The position numbers were made by a program, and so were the translations under genes. A DNA stretch of 64,000 nt. Source: the human T2T-CHM13v2.0 reference genome, Homo sapiens. The DNA lies in assembly GCF_009914755.1 (NCBI RefSeq), contig NC_060937.1; one strand, written 5' to 3'. Below the pieces are notes generated by a model. The model made no database searches, had not been told where the DNA came from, and was given only the letters and a program-made list of their open reading frames with translations. Numbering within the stretch: position 1 is the stretch's first letter; each line of letters starts with the position of its first letter. This document shows positions 13,671 to 27,704 of the stretch, in pieces.

Positions 13671-14476
13671 TAAGCATCCAATATATAATATTAGCAGATA
13701 GACAACATTTCCCAAAGCACCTTCTGTTGCCTTTTCCTACGACACACATCATGTCTACTTCTCCTGGGTTTCCATTTTTCTTTTTCTTCACAGCCCTCTA
13801 TGTTAGAGATGAAGAAGAAATAAGATAGCTATATGTTCTATGCACATAATGTGTAAATGGCAAGGCCCTAAAGATTCTCAGCCATTTGAAATGTTCAGCA
13901 ACCAGCAAAATGTTCAAAATTCCTTTTTGTAACAAATAATGTCACAGAGAGAACAGAAGAAACATGTCCTCGTGACTAACTGCTGTAATTCTTATTTGTT
14001 CCCAGGCTGACTTTTCCTAAGACTGGATTAATTTCTTGTTGGACCACTGGCCTGTGAAGTGCTGATAAATTAAGTGATTGGTAAATACGATAACTTTCAA
14101 AGGAAAAGAAGGGTTAGGAATCCATCTGCTACTCAGGATCACTGAAGAATTTCATTTCTGAAAACAGACCACCTGTTAATTTAGTTAAGATCTGATAGTC
14201 AGCTGAACAACTTTGGTGGAAGTCATCCAACTTGTCCTAGATTACCCAGCCTGTGCTGGCAGGTCTGAGAGTCTGGAGAAAGATGTTAATGAGTTATCTG
14301 AGGACAACAGCTCAGGCAATACATGGTTATAGAGAAGTCCCACTTTGGTCCTTCAAGAATGATGTTTTTACACTGCTGTCATAAAACAAAACTGAAAGCA
14401 ACCTGGAGACATTTTAGAAGCTCATATGTAAGACACTTCTGGTTGTATAGGTGAAATACACTTAAAAATACAATTA

Positions 14477-15037
<561 letters not shown>

Positions 15038-15059
15038 CTCCCTAGCTTTAGGAATTCCC

Positions 15060-15895
15060 TAGATCACAGGTTTGGTGAGTGATGGCCACAGTTGATTACA
15101 GTAGGGGAGGACACCTGATCCAAGAGGCCCTAATATAGGCTTGATTGAGCCAATAGATTCCTACTCTGGGGAACCTGAATTGGGTGACCCAAAACAGTTT
15201 GAATCCCTGGTAGGGAGAAAAGAGAGCAGTTACACTTGATAATGTGCAGGCTGAGAAAGCAGCTTGACTAGTTAAGAGTAATACACAACTTGAGGGGAGA
15301 AACAAAGGTAGGAAACACCAGGTAGCCATAGGATGGAGATAATGCTCTCATCTTTTCAGGATTTCATTTCAGTTGCCACAAGCCCCAGCTGTATTTTCTT
15401 TCCTAGTCTTAGATTTGGGGAATAGTACTGTATCTTTACAATAAAGTCTGTATTAGTCAGGATAGGCTAAGTTATGCTTCAGTAACAAATAGCTCCCAAG
15501 TCTCAGCAGCTTCATACAACACAAGTGTACTTATCACTCTTTGTGGCCACTAAGGGTTGGCAGTGAGGCTCAGCCCATATTACTCCCTCAAGGACACAGC
15601 GTGATGGAGACTTCATCTCAACAGTCTCACCACAGTTACAGGAAGGAAACATGGCAGTCACACACTGGCTTTTAAATCTTCTACCTGGATGTGATTCATG
15701 TAACTTCTACTCACATTTCAGCAGCCAAAGCTAGTCACATAGCCATGCCTCATATCAAAGAGGAAATATAATCTCACCACATGCCAAAAAGAGTTACATT
15801 AGAATATTTTGTCAATAGCTAATTGACTACTACATCCACCATTAGTACTTCAGCCAGTTTGAATGGGTCTCTGTTCCTTCAGAAAACAACATCAG
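15060..15895 (+). mobile_element. Old ERVL LTR (LTR33-like) interrupted by an MLT1 LTR
   Basis: GAGCCAATAGATTCC box, AATAAA at ~15440, and a 3'-end-like CAGTTTGAATGGGTCTCTGTTCCTT after the MLT1. Confidence 0.5.
15449..15834 (-). mobile_element. MaLR LTR (MLT1J/K-like)
   Basis: TGTATTAGTCAGGATAGGCTAAGTTATGCT.CAGTAACAAA is the typical antisense end of old MLT1 LTRs. Confidence 0.75.
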
Positions 15896-16971
15896 CAATA
15901 TTGACTAGAACACAAATGAGATGTAAAACATCACCATCTTTGTACATTTTCCTCTCGTAACTATGCTTTTCTAAGCATAACCGACCTTTGATTCAGCAGT
16001 TGGACAGTTGCCTACATCATCCCGTTCTTTTCAGGAACAAATGACAGTAAAACCTGAATATTTCAGGAATGAGGTATTTCAGGATAACAGGATTTTGTGT
16101 GTGTGTGTGTACCTAAAAATATAACATTAGAATATCTGAACTTAAAAAAAAATAACTTTTTTGGATGACAATATTTTAAAAATAGATATATTTCTTTCTT
16201 TCTAAACGGAATATACATAAATAATTTAATATATTCTTAATCACTGAAGATCAACATTATGAATATCAGACACTGTACTGTGATGTTCTTGGTACCAAAT
16301 AAAACATTCATTCATTCAACAAACATATACCAAGTGCTATGCCAGAAACTGGGAAATACATGGGAAATAGGGCCATTCCTGACCTCAGGCAGCTGTGCAG
16401 GGTCTTTGAGCCAGACTGGTTTTTTACAGTTATTTTCTTCTCCTCTATTGCTATCAACAAGTCAGTCACCACTTCTGGCCGCCGTCTGTACATCTGCAGT
16501 CCCCCTGTTCCTTCTAACTTTTATTTTTTAATTCTCTAAAGTCCTAGAAACAAAGCTTGTTAGGATTACGTGTAAAGTAAGAGTAAATAAACCTAGTTGT
16601 AAAGATGCCAGGAACTGTCCTATGAATAAAACAGAAGAGCTTTGGTACATAATATTTATGCTGCTTGTTTTTAGGTCTTTTCTGTATAGCTCATGCTACC
16701 ACAGAGCAGAATTTTGGATAAGCGAAGTATCACTGTATCATAAACGTAGAGGTATTAAACACCTAGCTTTCTCATTTCCTTGGCACAATGATCTTTGATA
16801 TATTTTTTATGTTTCATAAAATACTGCTTTGTGCTCTTTAAATCTTTTCCTTAATTAAAAAAAAAACAACTCTTCGTATTAATATGTGATTTCCTTCTAA
16901 TAGTAACATTTAATTACAAATTTAGAAAACTACATAACTGAAGTAACACTTGCACCAAATGGATTAAGCTC

Positions 16972-17340
16972 TGATATGGACTGAAGTGTGTCTCCTCCTC
17001 AAATTCATATGTTAAAGCCTTAATCCCCAGTGTGACTGCATCCTTAAAGATGGGATCTTTTGGAGGTAATTAGGGTTAGATGAGGTAGGGCCCTCATGAT
17101 GGGGTTAGTTAAGTCCTTATAAGAAGAGACATCAGAGAGCTTGCCCTCCCTCCACCATGTGAGGGCACAGCAAGAAGGCGGCCATCTGCAAGCCAGGCAT
17201 AGAGCCCTCACCAGAACCCAACCATGCTGGCATGCTGATATCAGACTTCCATCCTCCAGAACTGTGAGAAAACAAATTTCTGTTGTTTAAGCCACTCAGT
17301 CTATGGCATTTTGTTACGGCAGCCTGAGCAAACTAATGCA
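16972..17340 (+). mobile_element. MaLR solo LTR (MLT1A-like)
   Basis: TGATATGG...CA termini; perfect 5-bp TSD AGCTC at 16967-16971 and 17341-17345. Confidence 0.92.
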
Positions 17341-17539
17341 AGCTCCAAGCAGTTTCTTCTTAGAGACAAACTTTATTTGTGCTTTTTCATTTTTTTATAA
17401 ATAAGTTGTTCTTTTGCCCCAACTAATCATTCCTTCATTTTTGGCTCATAAAAGTACAGGAAGTCTTTAGTAAAAGTCTACTGCCAGCTATTGCCATAAG
17501 TGTTAGGATACTTGAACAATAGCTTTCAAATTTAGTTCT

Positions 17540-17873
<334 letters not shown>

Positions 17874-19824
17874 TAAACAGACAATTGGACAATAAATGAA
17901 AATGTAATATTCAGGCTAGTCCAAGCGATGTTTAGGTAAAAAGTCTATTAACTTGACTCATACTATAAAACATCTATCTTTCTCTTAAAACAGTACTTCT
18001 TAACTGTTTTTAAAGATTTTTAGGGATCTTAACACATTTCTCTCCATTAAACATATGGCATATGTATATTCATTCGTTCTTATAATTTCTGAAGTTTTAA
18101 AGAGAAGTCACCAGATTAAGAACCTCTGCCCCAGAGAAAATTAAGCAAAACCAAACTGAGTGTTTTCAGCAAAGCAAACTTCATTCCTAACCTTTAAATG
18201 GCCATAACAAAATGCCTCAGTGACCAGTTGCTTTGAATTGGTCTCATCTACAACCTGCGAGCTTTGCTCAGCCCTCTGATGTGAAGTAACATCAGATCTC
18301 TAGCCATAAAGCCATTCCCTTAAAGTTCCATCGTTAGTCTTTTCTATCTTAGTTCAAGGTCTGCTGGCAGTGATGGACTCATCAGAATCTCAATGTCCTC
18401 ATAGATAGCTAAAATACGATCCCAGGTAGTTCAACCATATGTGGATTTAAACAGATACCTAATTTGTTCCAGAACTACTTTCCATATCAATACCTTGAAA
18501 ATACTTTGTAAGTTAAATCTAAAAGGAGGCATGGAAACTTCCTCTACAAATAGTGAAGCTAGTCCAATTCTTAGGGAAAAGAGACAGTCATTAACTCTAT
18601 ATTTAGAGCTAGGCATTCCATTCCCCCAAACTACTCTCTCATCAGCCTAATTGCTTGAAATTCCTGTTCTTGTTTAACACTAGGGCAAAGCATTTCATTT
18701 TAAATTTGAGATAAGGTTTATACTCCAAATACCCTGAAAAAGGTAATTTAGGGTATTAGGACCACTTTAACTTGGACATGACTATGGAGGGGGTACAACA
18801 GGGAGGCAAGATGCTGGATGCAAACCTAGATACCAAAGACAAAATGAGGCACACTTCCCTCACTCCCATTTTTTCCTAGGACAAGCACCATAAGGAGTAT
18901 CAGTTAATTGAAAAAGTCTTTACTAGATGCCAGGAGCTGTGTCAGGTACTGAGGTTAAAGTGATGAGGAGAATACTGCAAAGCACAACACCATCCTGACA
19001 ACATGTGAGAAGCTCAAAGCCCATCAGAAGAAAGAGACAGGCCCTTTACAAATGAACATAATGATAGATTGAATGTGCGATCGTAAAACGAAACAACGCA
19101 GAGCAGTTTTTAACAGTTGCGTGGTGGGGGAAGGGAGATGCAAATAAAAAAGAACATTTGACTTGGATTTGTAAGGACATGAAGAATTTTGCCAGGTGGG
19201 GAAGTGGTGGAAGGGAGGAGTTATTTCAGGCAAAGGCAACATAAAAGCATGGCACAGAAGCATGAAGAGTACATGGAGTGCTCATGGAAAATCACTGAAG
19301 GCTGGGAGGGAGCCCCAGTGGATTCTGGTGGATTGCAGCCTCTGGCGAAGGCTGAGGTTGCCTCTGGACCACATTACTCCCCCATGTATTTCTTTATAGA
19401 GACATATTATTTTCAACTCTTTTGAGAAGAAACATTCATACTGATTGTTTCTTATTTAAACTATGAATCTATTAAAATATCAGGCATTCTTCATAAAAAT
19501 CATTGATAAAAAATGAATTAAGAGTACAGTTCATTTACAGTGTTTTTTTTTTGGAAGTTAAAATTGAGCTCCTGTTATAAAACAGAGACTGTGTGGACTC
19601 CTTAGTGAAAGAAACTCAGTTCAGAGGACAACAGGCGACAGTGGACAACCTGGTCATATTCTGTGGTTAGTCAACCAAGAGTTTGATTCCACCAGTATCC
19701 CTATCTTCCTTGCTTCCAAGCATACTATTTATCTTTAAATTAAATACTAAATGAATAACATGTTTGTGATTGCTAATTCGGACATGGGTCACACCACAGT
19801 TTTACACCTTTGAATACAAGATTT

Positions 19825-19857
19825 CTGCAGTTCCACTACATGTCCACTAGAGGCCTG
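19825..19857 (+). promoter_or_regulatory. Candidate CTCF site with upstream (U) motif
   Basis: CTGCAGTTCC-N6-TGTCCACTAGAGGCC resembles the CTCF ZF9-11 upstream motif plus the core. Confidence 0.4.
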
Positions 19858-22800
19858 TGAAGAGCTTTTTTCCCCCATCACGTAGAGTCTGATAACCAAA
19901 AAGGCCAGAATTAAAACAAATAAGAAATATTGATTAGACACGAGTAAGACAAGGATCTAATTGGTACGTAACCTCACAGTAAGTATCATAATTGTGGATA
20001 AAATAATCAAAATGCAACATTGTTTCAAAACTCCAAGATACCAAATTGCAAAACTTATGAAACTACTCATATGTAACCACAAAAGCAAAGTTAAAAGAAG
20101 TAGGGCTTTGAAGACTTCAGCAACCATTCCAAAAGGCCAGCAGACTCTGGCAGGCTTTGACTAGGTGGAAGACTGCACCAAGTGGTGAAGCAGCCTGAAT
20201 AAAAATTGCCAGCAGCCTGTATGGGCTTCTAGATCTTCAAATGCATACTCAATCTAAAAGGCATGCAACCAACGGAGGGAAAACTCCTTGGTGGGAAAGT
20301 AAACAATGCAGTGATTTAAGGCAGATGGGCTGAAAAGGGACTTCCTAAATAGCGACTCCATGGAAGTAAACAGGGGAAGACAGTTGAGATACGGCCAGGA
20401 CACTGAGATGACACAGACCAAAACCGACCCTATGGTGAAGACTGTGGAAACTCTCAACTTAAGAGGAAAGAGGGCAACTTAAAGCAAAACACTTAACATA
20501 TTCGATTTGCCAGGACAACCGCAAGACTGCGTGAGCACTGGAAAAATTACCAGAAGGACAAGATGCCCTGTAACATCCCTTTATCTCTTGTCGAACTCAA
20601 AACAGACTTTCATTCATTTCATGGTCTGCTTGAACAAACACAAACAAAGACGAAAAATACTAAAAGTCACATCACCCGTGCCAGGCATGGACACGCGAGT
20701 GCACGCGTGCACACACACCACACACACACACTACTTCTAGTCTATTTACAGAAATGGCCTGTTTTTCACTAGCTTTGGTTAATTAGCAATCAGAAGAGAG
20801 TTGTATGGGGTTGGAAGAAAGAACCCTTTGTTTGGAAAACCTGTGAAAATATTCCCTCAGAAGCTTGTAACTTTCCCTACGCATCACCCTGGCCCTGAGG
20901 ACAAGCCCCTGTGCCAGAAGCCTCAGTGAGGCACACAGAGCTCACATTCAAAGGCAGCTCTCTTTGTTGTCCCCCAGGAGTTAAACCTTAATGGGTTCAC
21001 AATTTGCAGGCTTTTTTGGAGAGTGGCTTAGTGGTGGTTGCCTGCTGCCAGAAATGGAGCAGAGACAAACCCTAGTGAATCCCACAGCTGTTGTGGCTGC
21101 TCCATTGGAGAGAAGAGCAGTTGCCTGAGGCATTTCAAAGACAAGCAAGAACACAGGGAGACATTATGAGGCCTGGAAGCGAATTTGCAATTATTGGGAG
21201 CAGATGGTCAGTCCACATGGGGAAGAAGGAGATTGTAGCCATCGTTCTCCAGTGAAGACCATGGCAAATGGTAATTCACTGAGTCTTATGTCCCCAGATA
21301 AATCTTGTATTGGAAAAGTATTCAGCTGCAACATAAGATCATCATCTGCAGCTAGTTAGTTTTACTGTCACGCTCTTGACTTCTAAACCTAAACAGCCAC
21401 AACTTGGACAGGAAAAAGCCAGTACATGCACATCCTACCTTGGTTAGAAAGAAGAAGAGGCGTGGCTGCTCTGGTAGAAATAGGGAGAATACTCATCCTG
21501 GCACCCTGGGTTTCCTGGAGGCAGCCTGCCTGAACACTGCCTCCAACATTACTTTGCCCAGCCCTTTATTTCAGAAAAATCTTCATTTTAAACAAACATT
21601 CATGAATGCTGGGATACTGCTGAATGATTTTGAGAGTGGAGCTTTCATAATCTTCTTTTGTAAGCTATATCCACTTTTTTTCATCACCCTTTCCGGTCAA
21701 GGGCTGCTTTCTGATGCACAAGAATTCTCTTTTGCTGAAATCTCAGCCTATTTCCTGTTATCCTCATGTTGATTCATCTGAGAATCACATTATCTCTTCT
21801 AAAACACTGTTTACTTAGTCCATTATGACACGTAAGGTCGGTCTTTACTCATTTTATGTTTGAATGATTAATTTGTTCAGTTTATGCAAAGTACTCTTAA
21901 GTACCCCTGATGTGCAAAGTGCCAGCGAGGCACTGAGGAGGATGGAAGAACCATAACTGCAAGATGCTAAGAACCTGGTGAAGGAAGCAGAAACACTTGG
22001 GAAAGAACTCTAATACCTGTGAAGTGCCAAGATACGGGCATAGTCAGAATGTTGTGGGCATATAAAGAAGAGAGAAAATAATACTTATTTCCAACTGGAG
22101 AGATTGGGACACTAGCTTAGAAGGAGATAGAGTTTAAGTTGGGCTATATATAGGATGACCTACCATCCCAGTTTTAAAACTTAAAGTCCTGCATCTCAGG
22201 ACACTCCTCAGTTGGCTGAGTGAGTGATAAAGGACAGTTGTAACTTCAAGTTTATCTCAAGGGTGAGACACAGTGAAGAAAGTCTCAATGGCAATGGGCT
22301 GGGAGTGGAGATGAGGGGCTGGTCAGGCCCTCAAGCTGCTGACTTGGCAGCCATCGGTGCATAAGGCCCTGGACAGGGTGAAGATTTTCAGGACAGCAGG
22401 GCCAGGCTCTCACTGTGCCATACATTGCACAAGGCACCAGGGAGACGAGGCTCAGGCCTGGCACATGGGTGGTGGCTGAGTGGCTTTCTTTAGACTGGGT
22501 ATGAGCTCTGGTGCTTCGTAGTCCTGGGACTCCTATAACACACATGAGGGCTTACTCAGGCTGGCCTCACTGCCCTGCAGGCTAGGGCATTAGAGAACCC
22601 TACATTATGAATGAGGGACTGGAGGAGGGGCAGATTTGGGGGAGTTGTGGTTTGGGCCATGCGCATCATCTTGAGTTGAAGGTAACATAATAAAAACTTG
22701 TGGCATGCGTTCACATTTACCATCTCACTTTGGAGCTCTATTTAGACCCACATCTTAGAAAACTAACTGTTAAAGAATGGCCTTGGTCACATGGCCAGCA

Positions 22801-22942
22801 GGGAGAAAGCTGGGGCACAAACTGCAGTCTCTGTTTCTGACTGCAGGTCCGGGGCATTCCCATAACTTTTCCAGATGACTAAGGTTTACCTGAAACTTTA
22901 AAGATTTTAACAGTTTCATGATTCAGTGTCATTTTAGTATAT

Positions 22943-23582
<640 letters not shown>

Positions 23583-23738
23583 TACTCTGTTTAGTCATCT
23601 AGATCACTGGTTAGTGTATTAAATCTTATATATCCCAGGACAGGTGAAAACACAATCACTCAATTTATAATCTCTCATCTCTTCTCTTCTCCTCCAGAAT
23701 CTTGCAGTCATGCTCCAAAAACTTTGACGACGTGTATC

Positions 23739-24157
23739 TGAAACCAGCCCAATTGTCCCATAGAAATGATATTTGAATGTTTTTGAATAAACATAGAAAT
23801 TGACCCTCTGAATTAAAACTAGAAACTTACACTTGTCTATTCTGAGTGCCTTCCTCAGGAAATCAACCCTCACTCAAGGGAATGAAACTCACTCAATCAC
23901 TACATCCAGACAATGAGATACAAGACCCCTCATTCATCATGATTGCTTCCTTGTTCCTCCCTAATTCCCTGTTTTCCTGTATAAACCTCCCAATTTTAGT
24001 CCATTACTGAGATGGATTTGAGACTAAATCTCCCATTCTCCTTGGCTGCAACACCTGATTAAAGCCTTCTTCTCTGGCAATACTTGTTGTCTCAGTGATT
24101 GACATTCTGTACTGAGAACAGCAAGACCTAGACCAAACCCCTGGCACTTCAGTAACA
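23739..24157 (+). mobile_element. ERV1 solo LTR (LTR26-like)
   Basis: TGAAACC...GTAACA termini; perfect 4-bp TSD TATC. Confidence 0.85.
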
Positions 24158-24176
24158 TATCAAGCACTGCTCAATG

Positions 24177-25108
24177 TGATAGCGACAGGAGGCAGCCAAA
24201 TGCCTCAGCAGATAGGGGCAGGTACTGGGTGAAACCCCAACTCCAAGCCAAAGAGAGTTTAAAGCCTGAAAGTCAAGCTACAAGTTAAATCCTCGGATTG
24301 GACTGAGAGCTTGTCTTCCTGTTTGGTGTGCTTTCCTCTGATGGATCCCCACCCTTCATCTATTTTACATATACCTACCCTTTCCTAATTGGTTTTCTAC
24401 ACTGTCAGGCCCACCTTTGAGTGGTATCTTCGCTTTAACCTTTTTTGCATACTCACAAACCAATCAGTATGCACTCCCCATCCTGTGCTTATAAAGACCC
24501 CAGACTCAGTCATTAGAGGAGACGACAGCCTGACTGCAGGGAGAGGGACAACCTGACTTCAGGGAAGACGACCTGCCCTTCCTGTCCCTTCTCCAGTTCT
24601 CCTCTCCACCCAGAGCCATTTTCAGCCCTTAATAAAAATTCTCTGCCTTCACCATCCTTCAGTTGTTCACATGATCTCCTTTGTCTTGGATGCTGGACAA
24701 GAGCTCAGGACCCATCAAGTGCAGGTACTCAGAAAGGCTGTAACACCAGCCCTTTGCCCTTGTTGGCAGAGCAGCCACCCCACACGATGAGGCAAGGGGC
24801 CAACTGAGCTGTTAATACAAGTCTGCAGATGGCAGAACTAAAGGAGCACTGTAACACCCCCTCTGGGGCTTTAGGGTTGCAGTCATCCTTACCTGGGTGT
24901 TGCTGCATTCCCCTCAAGGTGACACACCTGGTCTGGATGCAGGCCCTGCACAGAAGTTGCTCCTGTGTCAGCAGCCGGAGCAGCCAGCCGGATCTTGCAC
25001 TTGCTTGCTCACGTGCTCCCTCCTGCAAGGGGTTGAGCATGGCAGACCGAATAGGTGGGGTGCCCCTTCTATGAGTCTGTTGAAGGGGCCAAGAAAAATC
25101 CTGCATCA
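24177..25108 (+). mobile_element. ERV1 solo LTR (LTR27/LTR28-like)
   Basis: TGATAGCGACAGGAGGCAGCC...CCTGCATCA; CCAAT, TATAAA (~24490) and AATAAA (~24631); perfect 4-bp TSD AATG. Confidence 0.88.
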
Positions 25109-26149
25109 AATGCACCAGGCCCTCACTGTCCCAGGCACTGTGGATGAGCCAAAGATATGTATGATCATATCTGTGTACATATGTGGCTTATAGCATACGT
25201 ACAAATAGAAAAATATGCCAGACTGGCTGTGTCTGAATAGACCCTCTTGAACCTCTTGGTTCCAGCCCCCAGTGAAGTAATGATTTCATCAAACAGATGC
25301 AGAACATCTACCCCTCGAGATGGAGAACTACTGACTGGTACCCGCTTTTCTGGTCATAAGCTGAGTTTTCTGCCCCTTTGTCCTCAAGTGACTTTGAATT
25401 TTGTTCTTTTGAGAAAATGCTCCTGAGGATACAGGAACAGAGTCCCAGCTATTTTCAAAGGTAAGAACCAGCCTTCCTCTTCCTGTAACTCTGTGTCTTC
25501 ACACTCATCATGCCATCTGCTCTCTTCCACTCATGGGCTCTCTCAAATGCTTCACTGACATTCCCCTTGCACAAGGCCGCAACTGGCCATGGAGTTCTCA
25601 TTAGTAAAATGGTGCTACTCAATGTTCATCCACCTTACATGATTTTCGTGAAAATTAACTATGAAGTTTGAGGGACTTTTTTAATGTTATGAAATGTTAG
25701 TCTAGTTTCTTATAACTTTTTTTGATGAAAGCAAAAATACTGTGATTTTAGCATTCTGCCTCCAACAAATCTACCTCTCTTTGGCCTGAGGCAAGTCACC
25801 TAATCTTATATATAAGTTTCCTGTGTGTAAAGCATGGAAAATAATTGTTACCTGGCTCACTGGGATTGCCAGGTTTAATTAGTTATGACTTTAGAAGGTT
25901 GTAAAAAATTGCTTTGTAAACTATTCATAACAATGATGGCATACAACTCCTTCTGATATCTTTATTCCTTCTCTGATTTCTTCCATATCCAGTTCTTCTG
26001 CTATAGAAATAAAAAGTCATTAGTGGTGAATTTGTATGTTTTTATCTGCATTTCTTCCTGTTCAATATTTTAAGGATCTTATGTATTATCACAGAAAATG
26101 TAAAAATGTTCAGAAAACTCCTTCCTCTGGTCTCTTGAAGCCATTAGTA

Positions 26150-26960
26150 CAGTGGTTTTCAAAGTGGCGTCTTCAAACTAGCATCAGGAATGCTTGAGTC
26201 CCCAGTTCCCCAAATGTGCACCAGGGCACTCTGGGGCACTGTAGCAAACTCACACAGGAGGCTTGGGATATTTTTTAAATTCTTGAGAGGCTCACAAGCA
26301 ACACTGGACATCTGTCAGACACTGAGCAAACTACTAGTCCAAAGTAGTTCCTGCTTTCAACATGAGGTCCTGTCAACAACATTCCTTTCCATGAGGCCAT
26401 ATCTAGCTGGATTTTTGGCAGATGCTGTGATAAAAAGCAGGTGCTATGTGAAAATCAATGTGGAACAGAAAATAAGGCTGGCAATAACCCATCTGATTCC
26501 CAGGTTTGAGAAACTGTGCAGTGTCCAGCCAGTGCAGACATCTCATTATTAAGTAATTGTGGTTATTATTAATGAAATAAAATATTATTTTTCTTTCAAT
26601 TTAAGGGTGTTTTTAAAAATAGCTGCTAAGTTGTTAGGACATAAATACTTCTCCAGGTGTTTCGGTCTATGTACTTAATAAATGCAACTGTTAGGTATTT
26701 CTTTTGGCCTAGAAACAGAGTTACCAGAAAAGTCTGGTAGCCCTGTCGAAGGGCACTGTGCAAAAACTACTGAGGCCTTGAGGACACCAGGAGCCAAGGA
26801 AGTCTGGAAACCTCTGACATGAGAAATTGCTCCAAATGCAAATTCTTGGGTCCCCTCCAGACTTCCTAAATCGGAAACTCTGTGGGTGGGGCACAGTGAT
26901 CTGTGCTTTGGCCAGGCCTCCAGGTGATTCTAATGCATGTGCACATTTAAGAAACATTGC
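26150..26960 (+). mobile_element. MER5A split by a MER119-like hAT-Charlie element (~26200-26815)
   Basis: MER5A halves flank an insert whose translation (26190-26552) resembles the hAT transposase C-terminal dimerisation region (...IKS...INVEQKIRLAITHLIPRFEKLCS..Q.SH). Confidence 0.8.
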
Positions 26961-27169
26961 ATTAGCAGCTTATGTCCTAAGAGCAGCAGGTGTGCTTGGG
27001 CAGGTGGATGTTCCGTTGGTAAATGAACATCAGGCTAATCTCACAGTTTGAATGAGAAGGTACAGAAATGACCCAACTGGGGGCAAAAAATCCACCCCCC
27101 AAATCAGTTTACATAAATACATAATGCATATATCTTGCTCTCTTAAAGCTCATTCTAGCCTCTTAAAAT

Positions 27170-27704
27170 TATGAAAACGTACTGTTTTTATTACAAATCG
27201 TGAGTAATTTGTGCTTTCTCTTGGGCATTTTGGGGAACCCGAAGTGCCTTTTGATTTTTGAAGATTGAATCACTCTATTATTGAATGCTTCAGATTGCTG
27301 AGAATGAATCATATCATTCCTTTCAGAAGACAGAATTTATGGCTGGCCAGTAAGGCATGATCCAAAATCTTTGGCAGGAATCTGATTTGCATTCTCTTCT
27401 GACTTGGTAGCAAGCAGGACCCTCCTCAAACGCCTTGTTAGTGTTTCTGTGGAGAGGAATAAGGAAGGACCAGGTGCGAGGAGTTCCCTGGGTTCGGTGG
27501 AAACGCATGGCTGCGTGAGTGTTAGAGATTTTGAGGAAAATCTCCTGTGCTGAATAGCAGACCTCAGTTTTTCATCCTGGTTAATCCTCTTAAGCCTTTG
27601 TACATATGCAAAGATTTCCAAACTTTGGAGTGCTAAATCAGAAGCTTTCAGCAACAGTCTTCCTTGGCATCCCCCTGTTTCCTTAGCAATATGGTGGTCT
27701 AATG
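27170..27704 (-). other. Candidate minus-strand terminal exon containing a 121-codon open frame
   Basis: Branch point CCTAAC about 20 nt before the acceptor (TGGCTTCCTTATGCTCAG|). The frame is open from 27702 to the TAA ending at 27337; AATAAA at 27192-27187. Confidence 0.35.

Noticed and set aside
16308-16493. Protein-like ORF MYRRRPEVVTDLLIAIEEKK...
   Set aside because: There is no pyrimidine tract before it, and its 3' part is L2-derived.
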